NCBI GenBank assembly: GCA_014360335.1
Contig: JACIXS010000100.1
Coordinates: forward strand, 24,431 to 88,430
Direction: 5' to 3'
DNA length: 64,000 nucleotides
DNA from: a bacterium
Lineage (GTDB): Bacteria; DUMJ01
How positions within the stretch are numbered: the stretch's first letter is position 1; each line of letters opens with the position of its first letter. The notes under the pieces are model-generated. The model ran no database searches. It was not told the origin of the DNA and saw nothing but the letters and a program-made list of their open reading frames with translations. Shown one piece after another: positions 1-11,227 of this stretch. The position numbers were made by a program, and so were the translations under genes.

Positions 1-926
<926 letters not shown>

Positions 927-948
927 AAAAGAACCTACAAGGATTAAT

Positions 949-3900
949 ATGAGTAATTTTACTAAGATCCAGATAAAACTTGCTTCTCCAGAGAAGATCA
1001 GAGAGTGGGGAACTAGAAGGGTAGGAGGCCAGGTTATATATGGAGAAGTGAAAAAGCCGGAGACTATAAACTATCGCACATTTAAACCTGAAATGGACGG
1101 GCTATTCTGTGAGAGGATATTTGGTCCAACTAAGGATTGGGAATGTTACTGCGGTAAGTATAGAAAGCTAAGATACAAAGGAATAGTCTGTGATAAATGT
1201 GGGGTAGAGGTTACCTCTTCTAAGGTAAGAAGAGAGAGGATGGGCTATATAGAGCTTGCTGCTCCTGTAGCCCATATATGGTTTGTCAAAAGTGTCCCTT
1301 CTAGGATAGGGCTAGTTTTGAATATGAATTCGAAAGACTTAGAAAGGGTGATCTATTTTGCTGCTTATGTAGTACTAGACCCTGGAGATACACCTTTACA
1401 GAAGGGACAGGTATTAAGTGATGTTGAATATGAGGAATACCTGCAGAAATATGGGAATAAATTTAGAGTAGGGATGGGAGCGGAGGCAATAAGGGAACTT
1501 TTATCCGAGATAGACTTAGAAAAATTATCTAAGGAGCTGAGAAAGGAATTAGAAACTGCTAATGGTCAGAAGAAGGTCAAGATACTCAAGAGATTAGATG
1601 TAGTAGAAGGGTTACTTAAGTCTGGAAATAGACCGGAATGGATGATTTTGGAAGTGCTTCCTGTTATACCACCAGAATTAAGACCAATGGTTCCCTTAGA
1701 TGGAGGAAGGTTTGCTGTTAGCGACTTAAATGACCTCTATAGAAGGGTTATAAATCGTAATAATAGACTTAAGAAACTTATCGAGCTTCAGGCTCCCGAG
1801 ATAATCATCAGAAATGAGAAGAGGATGTTACAAGAGGCGGTAGATGCCCTTATAGATAACGGAAGGAGAGGAACAGTAGTAACCGGTTCTAACAGAAGAC
1901 CTTTAAAGTCTCTCAGTGACCTACTCAAAGGGAAACAGGGACGCTTCAGACAGAATCTTCTCGGTAAGAGGGTGGATTACTCTGGACGTTCTGTTATAGT
2001 TGTAAATCCAGAATTAAAGTTGAACCAATGTGGTTTACCTAGAGAGATGGCTCTAGAGCTCTTTAAACCTTTTGTTATGAGAAGGCTAGTGGAGCGTAAA
2101 CTGGCTCACAATATCAAGAATGCGAAACGTATGGTTGAAAGAATGCGTCCTGAGGTATGGGATGTCCTTGAAGAGGTCATAAAGGACTATCCTGTATTAC
2201 TTAATCGTGCTCCTACATTACACAGATTGAGTATCCAAGCGTTTTATCCCGTATTAGCTAAGGGAAGAGCTATAGAGATTCATCCTATGGTATGCCCTCC
2301 GTATAACGCAGACTTTGATGGAGATCAGATGGCTGTTCATGTCCCACTATCTTTAGCTGCAAGGGCAGAGGCGGAACTTTTGATGGCATCTCCCTATAAT
2401 ATACTTTCACCTGCGCATGGAAAACCTTTAGTTGCACCAACTCAGGATATGGTTATAGGTCTATTCTACCTCACTTTAGAAAACCCAAACGCTAAAGGGG
2501 TAGGGAAGATATTTGCAAGTTATGAAGAAGCTTTGATGGCTTATGAATTTGGAGAGCTAGATATACATGCACCGATAAAGATAAGATACAAAGGTAAGTT
2601 ACGTGATACTACACTTGGTAGAGTAATATTTAACAATATCCTACCTGAAGATTGGGAGTATATAAATGAGCCTCAGGACAAAAAGGCACTAGGAAATCTT
2701 ATAGAAGCTTGTTTCAAAGAGAAAGGCTATACCGCTACTATAAATCTCTTGGACGATATGAAAGAATTAGGATTTAAATGGGCTACTAAGGCAGGGCTTA
2801 CCATATCTGTAAAGGACGTTGAAATTCCAGAAGGAAAGGATGAACTTATAGCAAAGGCAGAAGAAGAGGTTGAGTCTCTAAATAAGCAGTACGAAACGGG
2901 ACTACTTACAGACTCCGAGAGATATCAAGAGATAGTAAAACTCTGGAACAATGTAACTGATACTATAACAGAAAAGATAAAGAGTAATATGACTCCATTT
3001 AATCATCTCTATATGATGACAATATCTGGAGCTAGAGGTAATATCCAACAGATAAGACAGTTAGCCGGAATGAGAGGACTTATGGCTGACCCATCTGGTC
3101 GTATCATAGAATTTCCAATCGTGCATAACTTTAGAGAAGGTTTAAGTGTAGTAGAGTACTTTATCTCTACCCATGGTGCAAGAAAGGGTTCTACTGATAC
3201 TGCTCTTAGAACCGCCGACTCTGGTTATCTTACTAGACGACTTATAGATGTTGCCCAGGAAGTTATTGTTGAAGAAAAGGATTGTGGGGATACAGAGGGT
3301 ATATACATCTATCCTTTGAAAGAAGGGGAAGAGATTATAGAACCCCTTTCTAAGAGAGTCCTGTATAGGATCTCTGCGGAGGATGTAATAGACCCTAATA
3401 CTGGCGAAATTATAGTAAGAGCTAATGAACCTATAGATGATGATAAGGCTAAAAAGATTGATTCTGCTGGGATAGAAAGGATTAGAGTCTTTTCTGTTCT
3501 TACCTGTAAGTCTAAGCGTGGCGTATGTGCTAAATGCTATGGGGTCAATCTAGCTACTAATAAACTGGTAGATGTTGGAGAGGCGGTTGGAGTTATCGCA
3601 GCTCAATCTATAGGAGAGCCTGGGACTCAGCTGACCTTAAGGACATTCCATACTGGAGGAGTAGCACTGGAAGATATAACTCAAGGTCTTCCTAGAGTAG
3701 AAGAGCTATTTGAAGCTAGGAAGCCAAAGGGTCAGGCTATTATGAGTGAAGTTTCTGGAATAGTTAAGATAGAGGAGAGTAAAGGTGTAACATATATCTA
3801 TATTATTAGCGAAGATAATATAGAAAAAGCTAGATATCAGGTTCCATTTGGAGCTAAGATTAGAGTCCAAAACGGAGATAGGGTTGTTCCAGGTACTCCT

Positions 3901-4434
3901 CTTACAGAGGGTCCTTTGAATCCTCACGAAATCTTAAGAATCAAAGGAGTGGAGGAGGTAGAAAGATATCTAGTAGATGAAGTCAAAAAGGTTTATATAT
4001 CTCAAGGGGTTGACCTACACGACAAGCATATAGAGTTAATTGTGAAGAGGATGTTACAGAAGGTAAGGGTGGATGACCCTGGAGATACCGACTTAATAAT
4101 AGGAAACCTTATAGACATAAATGATTTTGAAGCACTCCAAGATTGGGCTATTAAAAACAACTTAAAGCCCCCAAGAGGTAAAAGGGTCTTGTTAGGGATT
4201 ACTAGAGCTTCACTTACTACTGATAGCTTCTTAGCTGCTGCGTCCTTCCAAGAAACTACTAGGGTATTAACGGAAGCAGCTGTAAAGGGCAAGATAGATA
4301 CACTCTCTGGCTTGAAGGAGAACGTTATTATAGGTAACCTTATACCTGCTGGAACTGGATTCCCTGGGTATAGGAATATTGAGGTAGAAAGACTCGAAGA
4401 AGAGGAAGAAGGGGTTAGATTGGAGGATTTCTAG
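949..4434 (+). CDS. rpoC: DNA-directed RNA polymerase beta' subunit
   Basis: RpoC motifs are present ([14 protein letters not shown] catalytic loop, zinc-finger cysteines [20 protein letters not shown]). The first ATG is at 913, inside rpoB; the ATG at 949 ([15 protein letters not shown]) matches bacterial RpoC N-termini and has an AGGA 5 nt upstream. Confidence 0.9.
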   Translation: MSNFTKIQIKLASPEKIREWGTRRVGGQVIYGEVKKPETINYRTFKPEMDGLFCERIFGPTKDWECYCGKYRKLRYKGIVCDKCGVEVTSSKVRRERMGYIELAAPVAHIWFVKSVPSRIGLVLNMNSKDLERVIYFAAYVVLDPGDTPLQKGQVLSDVEYEEYLQKYGNKFRVGMGAEAIRELLSEIDLEKLSKELRKELETANGQKKVKILKRLDVVEGLLKSGNRPEWMILEVLPVIPPELRPMVPLDGGRFAVSDLNDLYRRVINRNNRLKKLIELQAPEIIIRNEKRMLQEAVDALIDNGRRGTVVTGSNRRPLKSLSDLLKGKQGRFRQNLLGKRVDYSGRSVIVVNPELKLNQCGLPREMALELFKPFVMRRLVERKLAHNIKNAKRMVERMRPEVWDVLEEVIKDYPVLLNRAPTLHRLSIQAFYPVLAKGRAIEIHPMVCPPYNADFDGDQMAVHVPLSLAARAEAELLMASPYNILSPAHGKPLVAPTQDMVIGLFYLTLENPNAKGVGKIFASYEEALMAYEFGELDIHAPIKIRYKGKLRDTTLGRVIFNNILPEDWEYINEPQDKKALGNLIEACFKEKGYTATINLLDDMKELGFKWATKAGLTISVKDVEIPEGKDELIAKAEEEVESLNKQYETGLLTDSERYQEIVKLWNNVTDTITEKIKSNMTPFNHLYMMTISGARGNIQQIRQLAGMRGLMADPSGRIIEFPIVHNFREGLSVVEYFISTHGARKGSTDTALRTADSGYLTRRLIDVAQEVIVEEKDCGDTEGIYIYPLKEGEEIIEPLSKRVLYRISAEDVIDPNTGEIIVRANEPIDDDKAKKIDSAGIERIRVFSVLTCKSKRGVCAKCYGVNLATNKLVDVGEAVGVIAAQSIGEPGTQLTLRTFHTGGVALEDITQGLPRVEELFEARKPKGQAIMSEVSGIVKIEESKGVTYIYIISEDNIEKARYQVPFGAKIRVQNGDRVVPGTPLTEGPLNPHEILRIKGVEEVERYLVDEVKKVYISQGVDLHDKHIELIVKRMLQKVRVDDPGDTDLIIGNLIDINDFEALQDWAIKNNLKPPRGKRVLLGITRASLTTDSFLAAASFQETTRVLTEAAVKGKIDTLSGLKENVIIGNLIPAGTGFPGYRNIEVERLEEEEEGVRLEDF

Positions 4435-4452
4435 ATAATATAGGAGGAGATT

Positions 4453-5121
4453 ATGGCTTTTATAAGTGAGAAAGACAGAAACTATTTGAGGGACGTATTT
4501 ACTAGGGAACTTGTAAATAATGTAAGGTTAGTATTCTTTACTCAAAAATTAGGACTTTTTGTCCCTGGGGTAGAGTGCGAATACTGTAGAGAAACAGGAG
4601 AATTGTTAAAAGAATTATCAGAGACATCTGATAAGATAAAACTGGAGGTTTATGATTTTATTTCAGATGAAGAGATGGTAAAGAGATATGGAATAGAAAG
4701 GATACCCGCTATTGTTATAGCTGGAGAAGAAGATTACGGGATAAGATTCTATGGAATACCTTCTGGTTATGAGTTTTCTTCTCTAATAGAGACCATTATA
4801 GATGTAAGTAAGAGAGAGACCAAGCTATCTAAAGAAGTAAAAGAGAGATTAGCTAGGATTGACAAGGATGTTGTGATTCAGGTCTTTGTAACTCCAACCT
4901 GTCCCTACTGTCCTAGGATGATCCATACCGCTTATCAATTTGCTCTGGAGAATAAGTATATAACAGCTAAAGGGATAGAGGTTATAGAATTTCCACAACT
5001 CGGGAACTACTATAATGTAAGTGGTGTTCCTAAAACTGTTATAAATGACAAAGAGGAGATAGTAGGGGCTGTTCCAGAATCTGTATTTTTAGAAAGTATA
5101 GAAAAGGCACTAGAAGAGTAA
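4453..5121 (+). CDS. Glutaredoxin-like protein disulfide oxidoreductase with two thioredoxin-fold halves (CEYC and CPYC)
   Basis: Two CXXC motifs in a roughly 220-aa protein, the architecture of thermophile PDO (PfPDO-like). A GGAGG RBS lies 6 nt upstream. Confidence 0.75.
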   Translation: MAFISEKDRNYLRDVFTRELVNNVRLVFFTQKLGLFVPGVECEYCRETGELLKELSETSDKIKLEVYDFISDEEMVKRYGIERIPAIVIAGEEDYGIRFYGIPSGYEFSSLIETIIDVSKRETKLSKEVKERLARIDKDVVIQVFVTPTCPYCPRMIHTAYQFALENKYITAKGIEVIEFPQLGNYYNVSGVPKTVINDKEEIVGAVPESVFLESIEKALEE

Positions 5122-5127
5122 TTAACT

Positions 5128-5160
5128 GAGGGCTACCAAAACTCTTTGGTAGCCCTCTTT
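5128..5160. terminator. Perfect 13-bp inverted repeat (GAGGGCTACCAAA/TTTGGTAGCCCTC) followed by a T-run; convergent or bidirectional terminator
   Basis: Seen directly in the sequence between two convergent transcription units. Confidence 0.55.
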
Positions 5161-5165
5161 GTTCT

Positions 5166-5288
5166 TTAGACATTAGCAGAGAAGGTAGCACCACAGTTCT
5201 TACACTCCCACTTAGACGGATCCCCTTTCTTTGGTAGTATCTTTGTACTACCACACTTTGGACATCTTGCTGGAGCCTTTTTACCCAT
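5166..5288 (-). CDS. Small zinc-ribbon protein, 40 aa (MGKKAPARCPKCGSTKILPKKGDPSKWECKNCGATFSANV)
   Basis: Complete ORF below the 60-aa cutoff of the ORF track. It has two CxxC pairs and a GGTGAG RBS 5 nt upstream, and sits 33 nt after the rpe stop on the same strand, just before the terminator. Confidence 0.5.
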   Translation of the reverse strand: MGKKAPARCPKCGSTKILPKKGDPSKWECKNCGATFSANV

Positions 5289-5321
5289 AACTCTCACCTG
5301 CCTTTTTATTGGACTGAAGCT

Positions 5322-5993
5322 CTAAGAGAGCTTTCTACTTCTTTTTATTATGCTGTCTAATTCTGACAGCCTTGACTTCCTATCTTTACTCCTAGTTATG
5401 GCAGAGCCTATAACTAGCATATTTACACCAAGCTCTAAAAGTTTTTCTATGTTCTCCCCGTTTATACCACCATCTACCTCTATAAGAGGAGAGATATTTA
5501 AAGCTTTACATAACCTCCTTAGGTCACTTAACCTTTTAAAGGTATTCTCAATAAATTCTTGTCCCCCAAAGCCTGGATTTACACTCATTATCAATACTAA
5601 GTCTACTTCCTTTATAATATCTTCTAGGAGAAACACAGGTGTCCCTGGATTTATAGCAATACCTGTCCTACAACCCATAGACTTTATATACGAGATGACC
5701 TTATGTATATGAGGAGTTGATTCCAAATGAACTGTTAGTAAATCTGCTCCTGCCTTTACAAATAAGTCTAAAAAATCCTCTGGAGGAGTCACCATAAGAT
5801 GTACATCCAGTAGAAAGTTGCTATTTCCTTTTATGGATTCTACAAACTGAGGTCCGAAGCTTAAATTTGGCACAAAGTGCCCATCCATTATATCTATATG
5901 TAGCCATTCTATTCCAAAATCCTTAAATTCTTCTAATAGCTCTTTGAGCTCTAATATATCTGCCGAGAGAAGGGATGGAACTATCTGTGCCAT
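5322..5993 (-). CDS. rpe: Ribulose-phosphate 3-epimerase
   Basis: HIDIMDGHFVPNLSFG and VNPGFGGQ motifs. Confidence 0.9.
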   Translation of the reverse strand: MAQIVPSLLSADILELKELLEEFKDFGIEWLHIDIMDGHFVPNLSFGPQFVESIKGNSNFLLDVHLMVTPPEDFLDLFVKAGADLLTVHLESTPHIHKVISYIKSMGCRTGIAINPGTPVFLLEDIIKEVDLVLIMSVNPGFGGQEFIENTFKRLSDLRRLCKALNISPLIEVDGGINGENIEKLLELGVNMLVIGSAITRSKDRKSRLSELDSIIKRSRKLS

Positions 5994-6808
5994 AGTTTGA
6001 TCCCTCCCTCTTCCCTAAGGTTTATGTGTTTCACCTTAATAGGTCTATTGATAAAGACAGTAGCCTTCTCTCTAAATTCATAGGCATCTCCAGTAGTAAA
6101 GAATCTAATTTCACCCGTTCCCCTTTCTGTTATACCCATTTCCTTTAATTCTTTCAATAGTTCTTCTACCGCATATACCGCTGGATCAACTATATCTGTC
6201 CTTTTTTTATACTTCTCTAATAGAATACTACTAATCTCTTCTAAGTACAAGGGATAATGACTACATCCTAAGATGAGTGTATCTATATCTGCGTTTGCAA
6301 GCGGTTCTAGATAGATGGTTAAGGCTTTAATAAGAACCTCTCTTTTTACCCTATTTTCTATAAATGGAACTAGCAGTGGTGCAGATTTTTCTATAACCTG
6401 AATATTAGGATTATATCTCTTTATGGCTAATGTATATGCTAAAGAAGATACGGTGGCTCTGGTAGCTAGGATACCTACCTTTTTAATATATCTTCTTTGG
6501 GATATCCTTTTTGCGGTAGGTTCAATAAGTCCAACTATAGGTAGGGATATAATGCTTTTTATATAACTCAAAGCCAGAGCAGAACTTGTATTACATGCCA
6601 CAAGTATCGCTTTTACATTCATCCTTTCTAAAAAGGATACTATCTGTTTCATATACCCTACTATCTCTTGAACCGACCTGTTTCCATAAGGCATATGGAT
6701 GGTATCTGCTACATATATGACGTCCTCGTGAGGAGCAATCTTCATAAGTTCTTTTAATACAGTAAGCCCCCCTAATCCTGAATCAAATATACCAATAGGA
6801 TTATTCAT
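5981..6808 (-). CDS. murI: Glutamate racemase
   Basis: GIFDSGLGGLTV at the N-terminus and a conserved CNT(S/A) region; about 275 aa. Confidence 0.9.
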   Translation of the reverse strand: MNNPIGIFDSGLGGLTVLKELMKIAPHEDVIYVADTIHMPYGNRSVQEIVGYMKQIVSFLERMNVKAILVACNTSSALALSYIKSIISLPIVGLIEPTAKRISQRRYIKKVGILATRATVSSLAYTLAIKRYNPNIQVIEKSAPLLVPFIENRVKREVLIKALTIYLEPLANADIDTLILGCSHYPLYLEEISSILLEKYKKRTDIVDPAVYAVEELLKELKEMGITERGTGEIRFFTTGDAYEFREKATVFINRPIKVKHINLREEGGIKLWHR

Positions 6809-8106
6809 CGTTTCTTCTCCAAATACTTTAATATGCCTGTTACTATTCCCCCTGCAATCTTTCTTCTATATAAAGGGTCCATAAGTAGTTTTTCTTCTAT
6901 AGGGTTTGATATAAATAGTGCTTCTACTAGTATAGCAGGTATGTTTGTATTCTTTAAAAGGAAAAATTCTGCCTTTTTAGCGCCTCTATTATATCTGCCT
7001 GTTATTTCTACTAGGGAGCTACATACCTTTTCAGCAAAGAATTTATCTTCATCTCTGTAATAAAAGACCTCTATACCGCCTGGTATAGGGGAATTAGCTG
7101 AATTGCAGTGCACACTTACTAGTATTGCAGAGTTATGATTATTTATAATTACGACCCTAGCATTTAATTCATCTCTAGAGTTTTGAGGATTTTGAGACAC
7201 GTTATAATCTCCATCTCTAGTTAGAACAACTTGATATCCTGCGGACTCTAACAGTCCTTTCATATATAGGACAATATCTAGGGTGACATCCTTTTCTTTT
7301 AATCCGCTAGGACCTATAGCCCCAGGGTCATTCCCTCCATGTCCAGGGTCTAGTATAATGATAGGCTTAGTTATTTTTTCAGGCTGTAACATAGGAAGTC
7401 GAAGTAGAATTGTTCCCGGCTCTTGTACTTCTCCTATCCGCCATTCATTCCTAATATTACCCTTTATGACGATCCTGATAGATGGAGGATATATACTAAA
7501 CTGACTTATCTTTAGTTCTATAGGAGTAGAAGTATTTATATAATTATCATACATAAGAGTTGTATTAGGTATATCTATCACTACCCTATCAGGATTGGTT
7601 AGACAGAATATTTCCGGATTTAGCTCTTTCTTATGACTGGATACTATCTTTAGAGATAGCTCTTCTAGATCAGTTTCTAGAGTAACCTCTTTTAATCTAG
7701 GAGGAAATGCTATACTAATGCCATACTCTTCTCGTTTTACTTCCTTATATCTTATAGGTCCGCTGAGATCAAAAACGACTCTTATCTTGTCATCGTTCTG
7801 CTTTGCTAACCTTATCTTTTCTATCCCAGAGGTTCCTATGGGTATTTCTACTTTATCTATATTAATATTAACTGGAAATATATCTATAAAAAACCTATAT
7901 GGATTCTGGAGGTACGAATAGTTAAACTCAAAACTACCAGATATTATTATCTTGAATATATCTCCATCTTCTGTCTTTTCCCAAGATATACCTTCTATCG
8001 GCGAATAGGGTAAAGAATAGAGAATTTCTTCGCCGTATACTAGAGAAACTATAAGTAAGGAGCTAAAAATAAAAATAACATAGAGATATATCTTTTTACT
8101 TTTCAT
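6805..8106 (-). CDS. N-acetylmuramoyl-L-alanine amidase (Amidase_3) with N-terminal AMIN-like repeats and a signal peptide
   Basis: Hydrophobic N-terminus. The C-terminal part shows an Amidase_3 signature (ILDPGHGGNDPGA ... HCNS). Confidence 0.85.
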   Translation of the reverse strand: MKSKKIYLYVIFIFSSLLIVSLVYGEEILYSLPYSPIEGISWEKTEDGDIFKIIISGSFEFNYSYLQNPYRFFIDIFPVNINIDKVEIPIGTSGIEKIRLAKQNDDKIRVVFDLSGPIRYKEVKREEYGISIAFPPRLKEVTLETDLEELSLKIVSSHKKELNPEIFCLTNPDRVVIDIPNTTLMYDNYINTSTPIELKISQFSIYPPSIRIVIKGNIRNEWRIGEVQEPGTILLRLPMLQPEKITKPIIILDPGHGGNDPGAIGPSGLKEKDVTLDIVLYMKGLLESAGYQVVLTRDGDYNVSQNPQNSRDELNARVVIINNHNSAILVSVHCNSANSPIPGGIEVFYYRDEDKFFAEKVCSSLVEITGRYNRGAKKAEFFLLKNTNIPAILVEALFISNPIEEKLLMDPLYRRKIAGGIVTGILKYLEKKR

Positions 8107-8116
8107 TTAATAATCT

Positions 8117-8469
8117 TGGTGGAGGCGGCGGGAATCGAACCCGCGTCCGAGAATGAGACGCCAAAAGGCTCCTACAGGATTAGCCTCTGTTTACTTTTCC
8201 TTCTATAGGACCCCAGAGGCAGGGCTATAGAAGTAAGCTCACCTTTAATTTCCTCTTCCCCCTGTGAGCACCGGAGGAAGAGTTAGCCTGCTAGTGTCAG
8301 GCCATTTCCTACCTCGCAGGCTAAGGTAGGAATGACCTCTGCCTATCTAATTAGGCAGCTAGTGCTAACTGATTGTCAGCAGTTATTCTTTTACCGCATT
8401 TTTACGAGCCTGCGGTGACTCGTCCTGCTCCTTTTGACCTCTCCATCCCCGTCGAATCCTTACGCCCCC
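8117..8469 (-). ncRNA. ssrA: tmRNA (SsrA)
   Basis: The minus strand reads 5'-GGGGGCGUAAGGAUUCGACGGGGAU... and ends ...GGACGCGGGUUCGAUUCCCGCCGCCUCCACCA-3'. The acceptor stem has the G3:U pair. An internal tag reading frame GCU GAC AAU CAG UUA GCA CUA GCU GCC UAA encodes ADNQLALAA. Confidence 0.92.
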
Positions 8470-8924
8470 TTATACTCTTTTAAGGCTCTTTCAAGTTCTC
8501 TTACCTTTTCTTTTTCTATAAGTAGCTTCTTTTTATCTACTAATTTTCTACCCTTTGCTAAAGCTATCTCTAGCTTAGCTCTTCCTCTTCTAAAGTATAC
8601 CTTTAATGGGATTATAGAGTATCCTCGTAATTGGCTCCTACCTGCGAGGTACTCTATCTCTTCTTTATGGAGGAGAAGCTTTCTTGTCCTATCAGGGTCC
8701 AAATTATATCTACCACCCTCTTTATAAGGTGGTATATGCATATTTATTATCCATGCTTCTCCATCCTTTATCTGTATATAACTATCTCTTAGATTACAAC
8801 TCCCTCTTCTAAGACTCTTTACTTCAGTTCCAGATAATACTATTCCTGCCTCTAATGTCTCTTCTATATCGTAATCATGATAAGCCTTTCTGTTAACTGT
8901 TACTACCTTTTCTTCCTCTTTCAA
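8460..8924 (-). CDS. smpB: SsrA-binding protein
   Basis: SmpB family (NRKAYHDY...LSGTEVKS...), 154 aa. Its stop codon overlaps the 5' end of tmRNA by about 10 nt. Confidence 0.93.
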   Translation of the reverse strand: MKEEEKVVTVNRKAYHDYDIEETLEAGIVLSGTEVKSLRRGSCNLRDSYIQIKDGEAWIINMHIPPYKEGGRYNLDPDRTRKLLLHKEEIEYLAGRSQLRGYSIIPLKVYFRRGRAKLEIALAKGRKLVDKKKLLIEKEKVRELERALKEYKGA

Positions 8925-8926
8925 GA

Positions 8927-9139
8927 CTATTCTTTCTCTCCTAAGTTAAACTTCCTTCTAAACTTCTCTACCCTTCCTTCGGTATCTACAATCTTCTGTT
9001 GCCCTGTGAAGAACGGATGACATTTAGAGCACGATTCTACCCTAAGCTCCTTCTTCGTAGAGCCCGTTGTAAATGTATTACCACAAGCACATATAACTAT
9101 CGCATCTGTATAATATGTTGGGTGTATATCTTTCTTCAT
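8927..9139 (-). CDS. rpmE: 50S ribosomal protein L31 (zinc-binding type)
   Basis: 70 aa, MKKDIHP start, CxxC...CxxC. Confidence 0.9.
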   Translation of the reverse strand: MKKDIHPTYYTDAIVICACGNTFTTGSTKKELRVESCSKCHPFFTGQQKIVDTEGRVEKFRRKFNLGEKE

Positions 9140-9216
9140 TTTATCTTCCTCCTTGGCTTTAAGTCCTTTCCACGTAATATTATACCATAAGTTTCAAGGA
9201 ATTTTGCCTTTTACTA

Positions 9217-10314
9217 CTAAACGTATATTCTCCTTATCCTTCCCTTTAAGTTTGTAATTATGCTGTATGGAATCTCTCCGCATCTCTTTGCTATCTCATT
9301 AGCTGAAATACTTTTCTCTCCTTGGCTTCCTATTATAACAACCTCATCTTCTAGCTTTGCTTCAGGTATGTTAGTCAGGTCAATTATCATATAATCCATA
9401 CAGATACGGCCTAAAATTGAAGCCTTTTTGCCTTTTACTAGGACATATCCATTGTTGGATAGTTGGAATGGGATACCATCTCCATAACCTATAGGGATTA
9501 TTCCTATCTTCATAGGTTTCTCTGAGATAAATGTCCTATCATATCCTACTGACCAATTATTTGGTATTTCTCTAATTGAGAGTATCTTTGACTTTAGGCT
9601 CATAACTGGTAATAGCCCTACAGGACTATCTGTCCCTATAGGGTTAATCCCATACATAGCGATACCTACTCTCACCATATCCATAGTAGTATAGGGATGA
9701 AATAGTACCGCTGGACTATTTGCTATATGCCTAATAGAGAAGAAGACCTTTTTCCTTTCTAGGGCAGATATCAACTCTAAAAATCTTCTAAACTGCAAGT
9801 CTACATACTCTTTATCTGTCCCTGCTGTGCTAAAATGACTAAAGATACCTTCTAATTTTAGATTACTTAAGCTCAATATCTCATCAATAACCTTTAACAA
9901 TTCTTCAGGTAAAAATCCAAATCTTCCCATACCTGTATCCACTTTTATATGTATAGGTATCTCTCTATCTTCCTTTTCTCCATATTTAGAAATTAGTCTT
10001 GCAATCTCAAGGTTTGATATAGATGGGGTTATATCGAAGTGTATAATCTCTTTTATATCCTTTGGGAATATATCGCCCATTATAAGAATTGGTTTTCTTA
10101 TGTTAAGTTCTCTTAGAATTATCCCCTCTTCTACATTAGCTACACCAAATCCGTCTACATTATCAAGGTGTACCGCTATATCCTTAAGCCCATGCCCGTA
10201 GGCATCTGCCTTTACAACAGCCATAAACTTTACATAAGGACCTATATACCCCTTTAGTACCTCTATATTGTGTTTAAGGTTATTAATATTAATCTCAATG
10301 ATATTTGCTTCCAT
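9217..10314 (-). CDS. alr: Alanine racemase
   Basis: PLP-lysine motif AVVKADAYGHG; 365 aa. Confidence 0.9.
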   Translation of the reverse strand: MEANIIEININNLKHNIEVLKGYIGPYVKFMAVVKADAYGHGLKDIAVHLDNVDGFGVANVEEGIILRELNIRKPILIMGDIFPKDIKEIIHFDITPSISNLEIARLISKYGEKEDREIPIHIKVDTGMGRFGFLPEELLKVIDEILSLSNLKLEGIFSHFSTAGTDKEYVDLQFRRFLELISALERKKVFFSIRHIANSPAVLFHPYTTMDMVRVGIAMYGINPIGTDSPVGLLPVMSLKSKILSIREIPNNWSVGYDRTFISEKPMKIGIIPIGYGDGIPFQLSNNGYVLVKGKKASILGRICMDYMIIDLTNIPEAKLEDEVVIIGSQGEKSISANEIAKRCGEIPYSIITNLKGRIRRIYV

Positions 10315-10360
10315 AACAAATAGTATATTACACCTAACTCCTTAAGTAAACTATCACTAC

Positions 10361-11227
10361 TTAGAGCTTTGAGATAGTTTTCTTTAACTCTAACGCCTTT
10401 TTATAGACCTGATTCCTTGGCAGATTAAAGCTCTTAGAGACCCTTTCTACAGCTTCCTTTAGGGTAATATCTTCTTTAATTATGAAGTCTACTAATAGTG
10501 CCTCTATACTTGTTTCGAGTCTATTCTCTTGTGTAGGTTTTTCTCTATTGTAGATTATTACTGTATATTCTCCAAGATTGGTCTTTGTGTCATTTTTTAG
10601 GTTTTCCAGGACGGTTTTTATATCTCCTATGTAAGACCTCTCAAAGACCTTAGTAAGTTCGCAGAAAAAACATACTGTAGCATTGGGCAGTTCTTTAGCA
10701 ATAAGCTCAGCAAGTGATATTATCCTCTTTGGTGACTCGTATAAGACTACTGTCTCTATCCCTTTTTGTTTTATATCTCTTATAATATTTTCTCTTTCTG
10801 ACTCCTTCTTAGGTAGAAATCCTAGAAATAAAAAATGTTCTATGGGTATCCCAGATACAGATAAGGCTGTCATAACAGCAGATGGACCGGGTATCGGAAT
10901 AACATCTATACCTCTTTCTCTTGCATCTCTTACAATCCTATATCCAGGGTCTGATATACACGGCGTCCCAGCGTTAGATACTAAAGCCACATCCATTCCT
11001 TTCTCTACAATATACTTTATAAGTAACTTAGACCTTTCTTCTTCGTTATATTTATGGTATGAGATTAATTTAGTCTTTATATTGTAATGCTTTAGAAGTA
11101 TCGAAGTATGCCTAGTATCTTCAGCAGCTATCAGGTCACAGCTACTAAGAATCTCTACAGCCCTATAAGTGATATCTTTCAGATTACCTATAGGTGTGGC
11201 TACTACGTAAAGTTTTCCCACCTTCAT
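10361..11227 (-). CDS. rsmI: 16S rRNA (cytidine1402-2'-O)-methyltransferase
   Basis: Tetrapyrrole-methylase fold with the RsmI N-terminus (LYVVATPIGNLKDIT...AAEDTR). Confidence 0.88.
   Translation of the reverse strand: MKVGKLYVVATPIGNLKDITYRAVEILSSCDLIAAEDTRHTSILLKHYNIKTKLISYHKYNEEERSKLLIKYIVEKGMDVALVSNAGTPCISDPGYRIVRDARERGIDVIPIPGPSAVMTALSVSGIPIEHFLFLGFLPKKESERENIIRDIKQKGIETVVLYESPKRIISLAELIAKELPNATVCFFCELTKVFERSYIGDIKTVLENLKNDTKTNLGEYTVIIYNREKPTQENRLETSIEALLVDFIIKEDITLKEAVERVSKSFNLPRNQVYKKALELKKTISKL

Noticed and set aside
5039-5254. 71-aa minus-strand ORF from the ORF track
   Set aside because: It runs through the 3' end of the PDO gene and the terminator palindrome, has low-complexity composition and no RBS. 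The 40-aa zinc-ribbon ORF in another frame (5166..5288) is the credible gene there.
5317-5333. Hairpin AAGCTCT-aag-AGAGCTT overlapping the rpe stop codon
   Set aside because: On the rpe (minus) strand it is followed by an A-run rather than a U-run, so it is not a convincing intrinsic terminator. It may be incidental.
8434-8727. 97-aa plus-strand ORF and other ORFs over 8100-8470
   Set aside because: The region is occupied by the tmRNA gene and the smpB 3' end on the minus strand.
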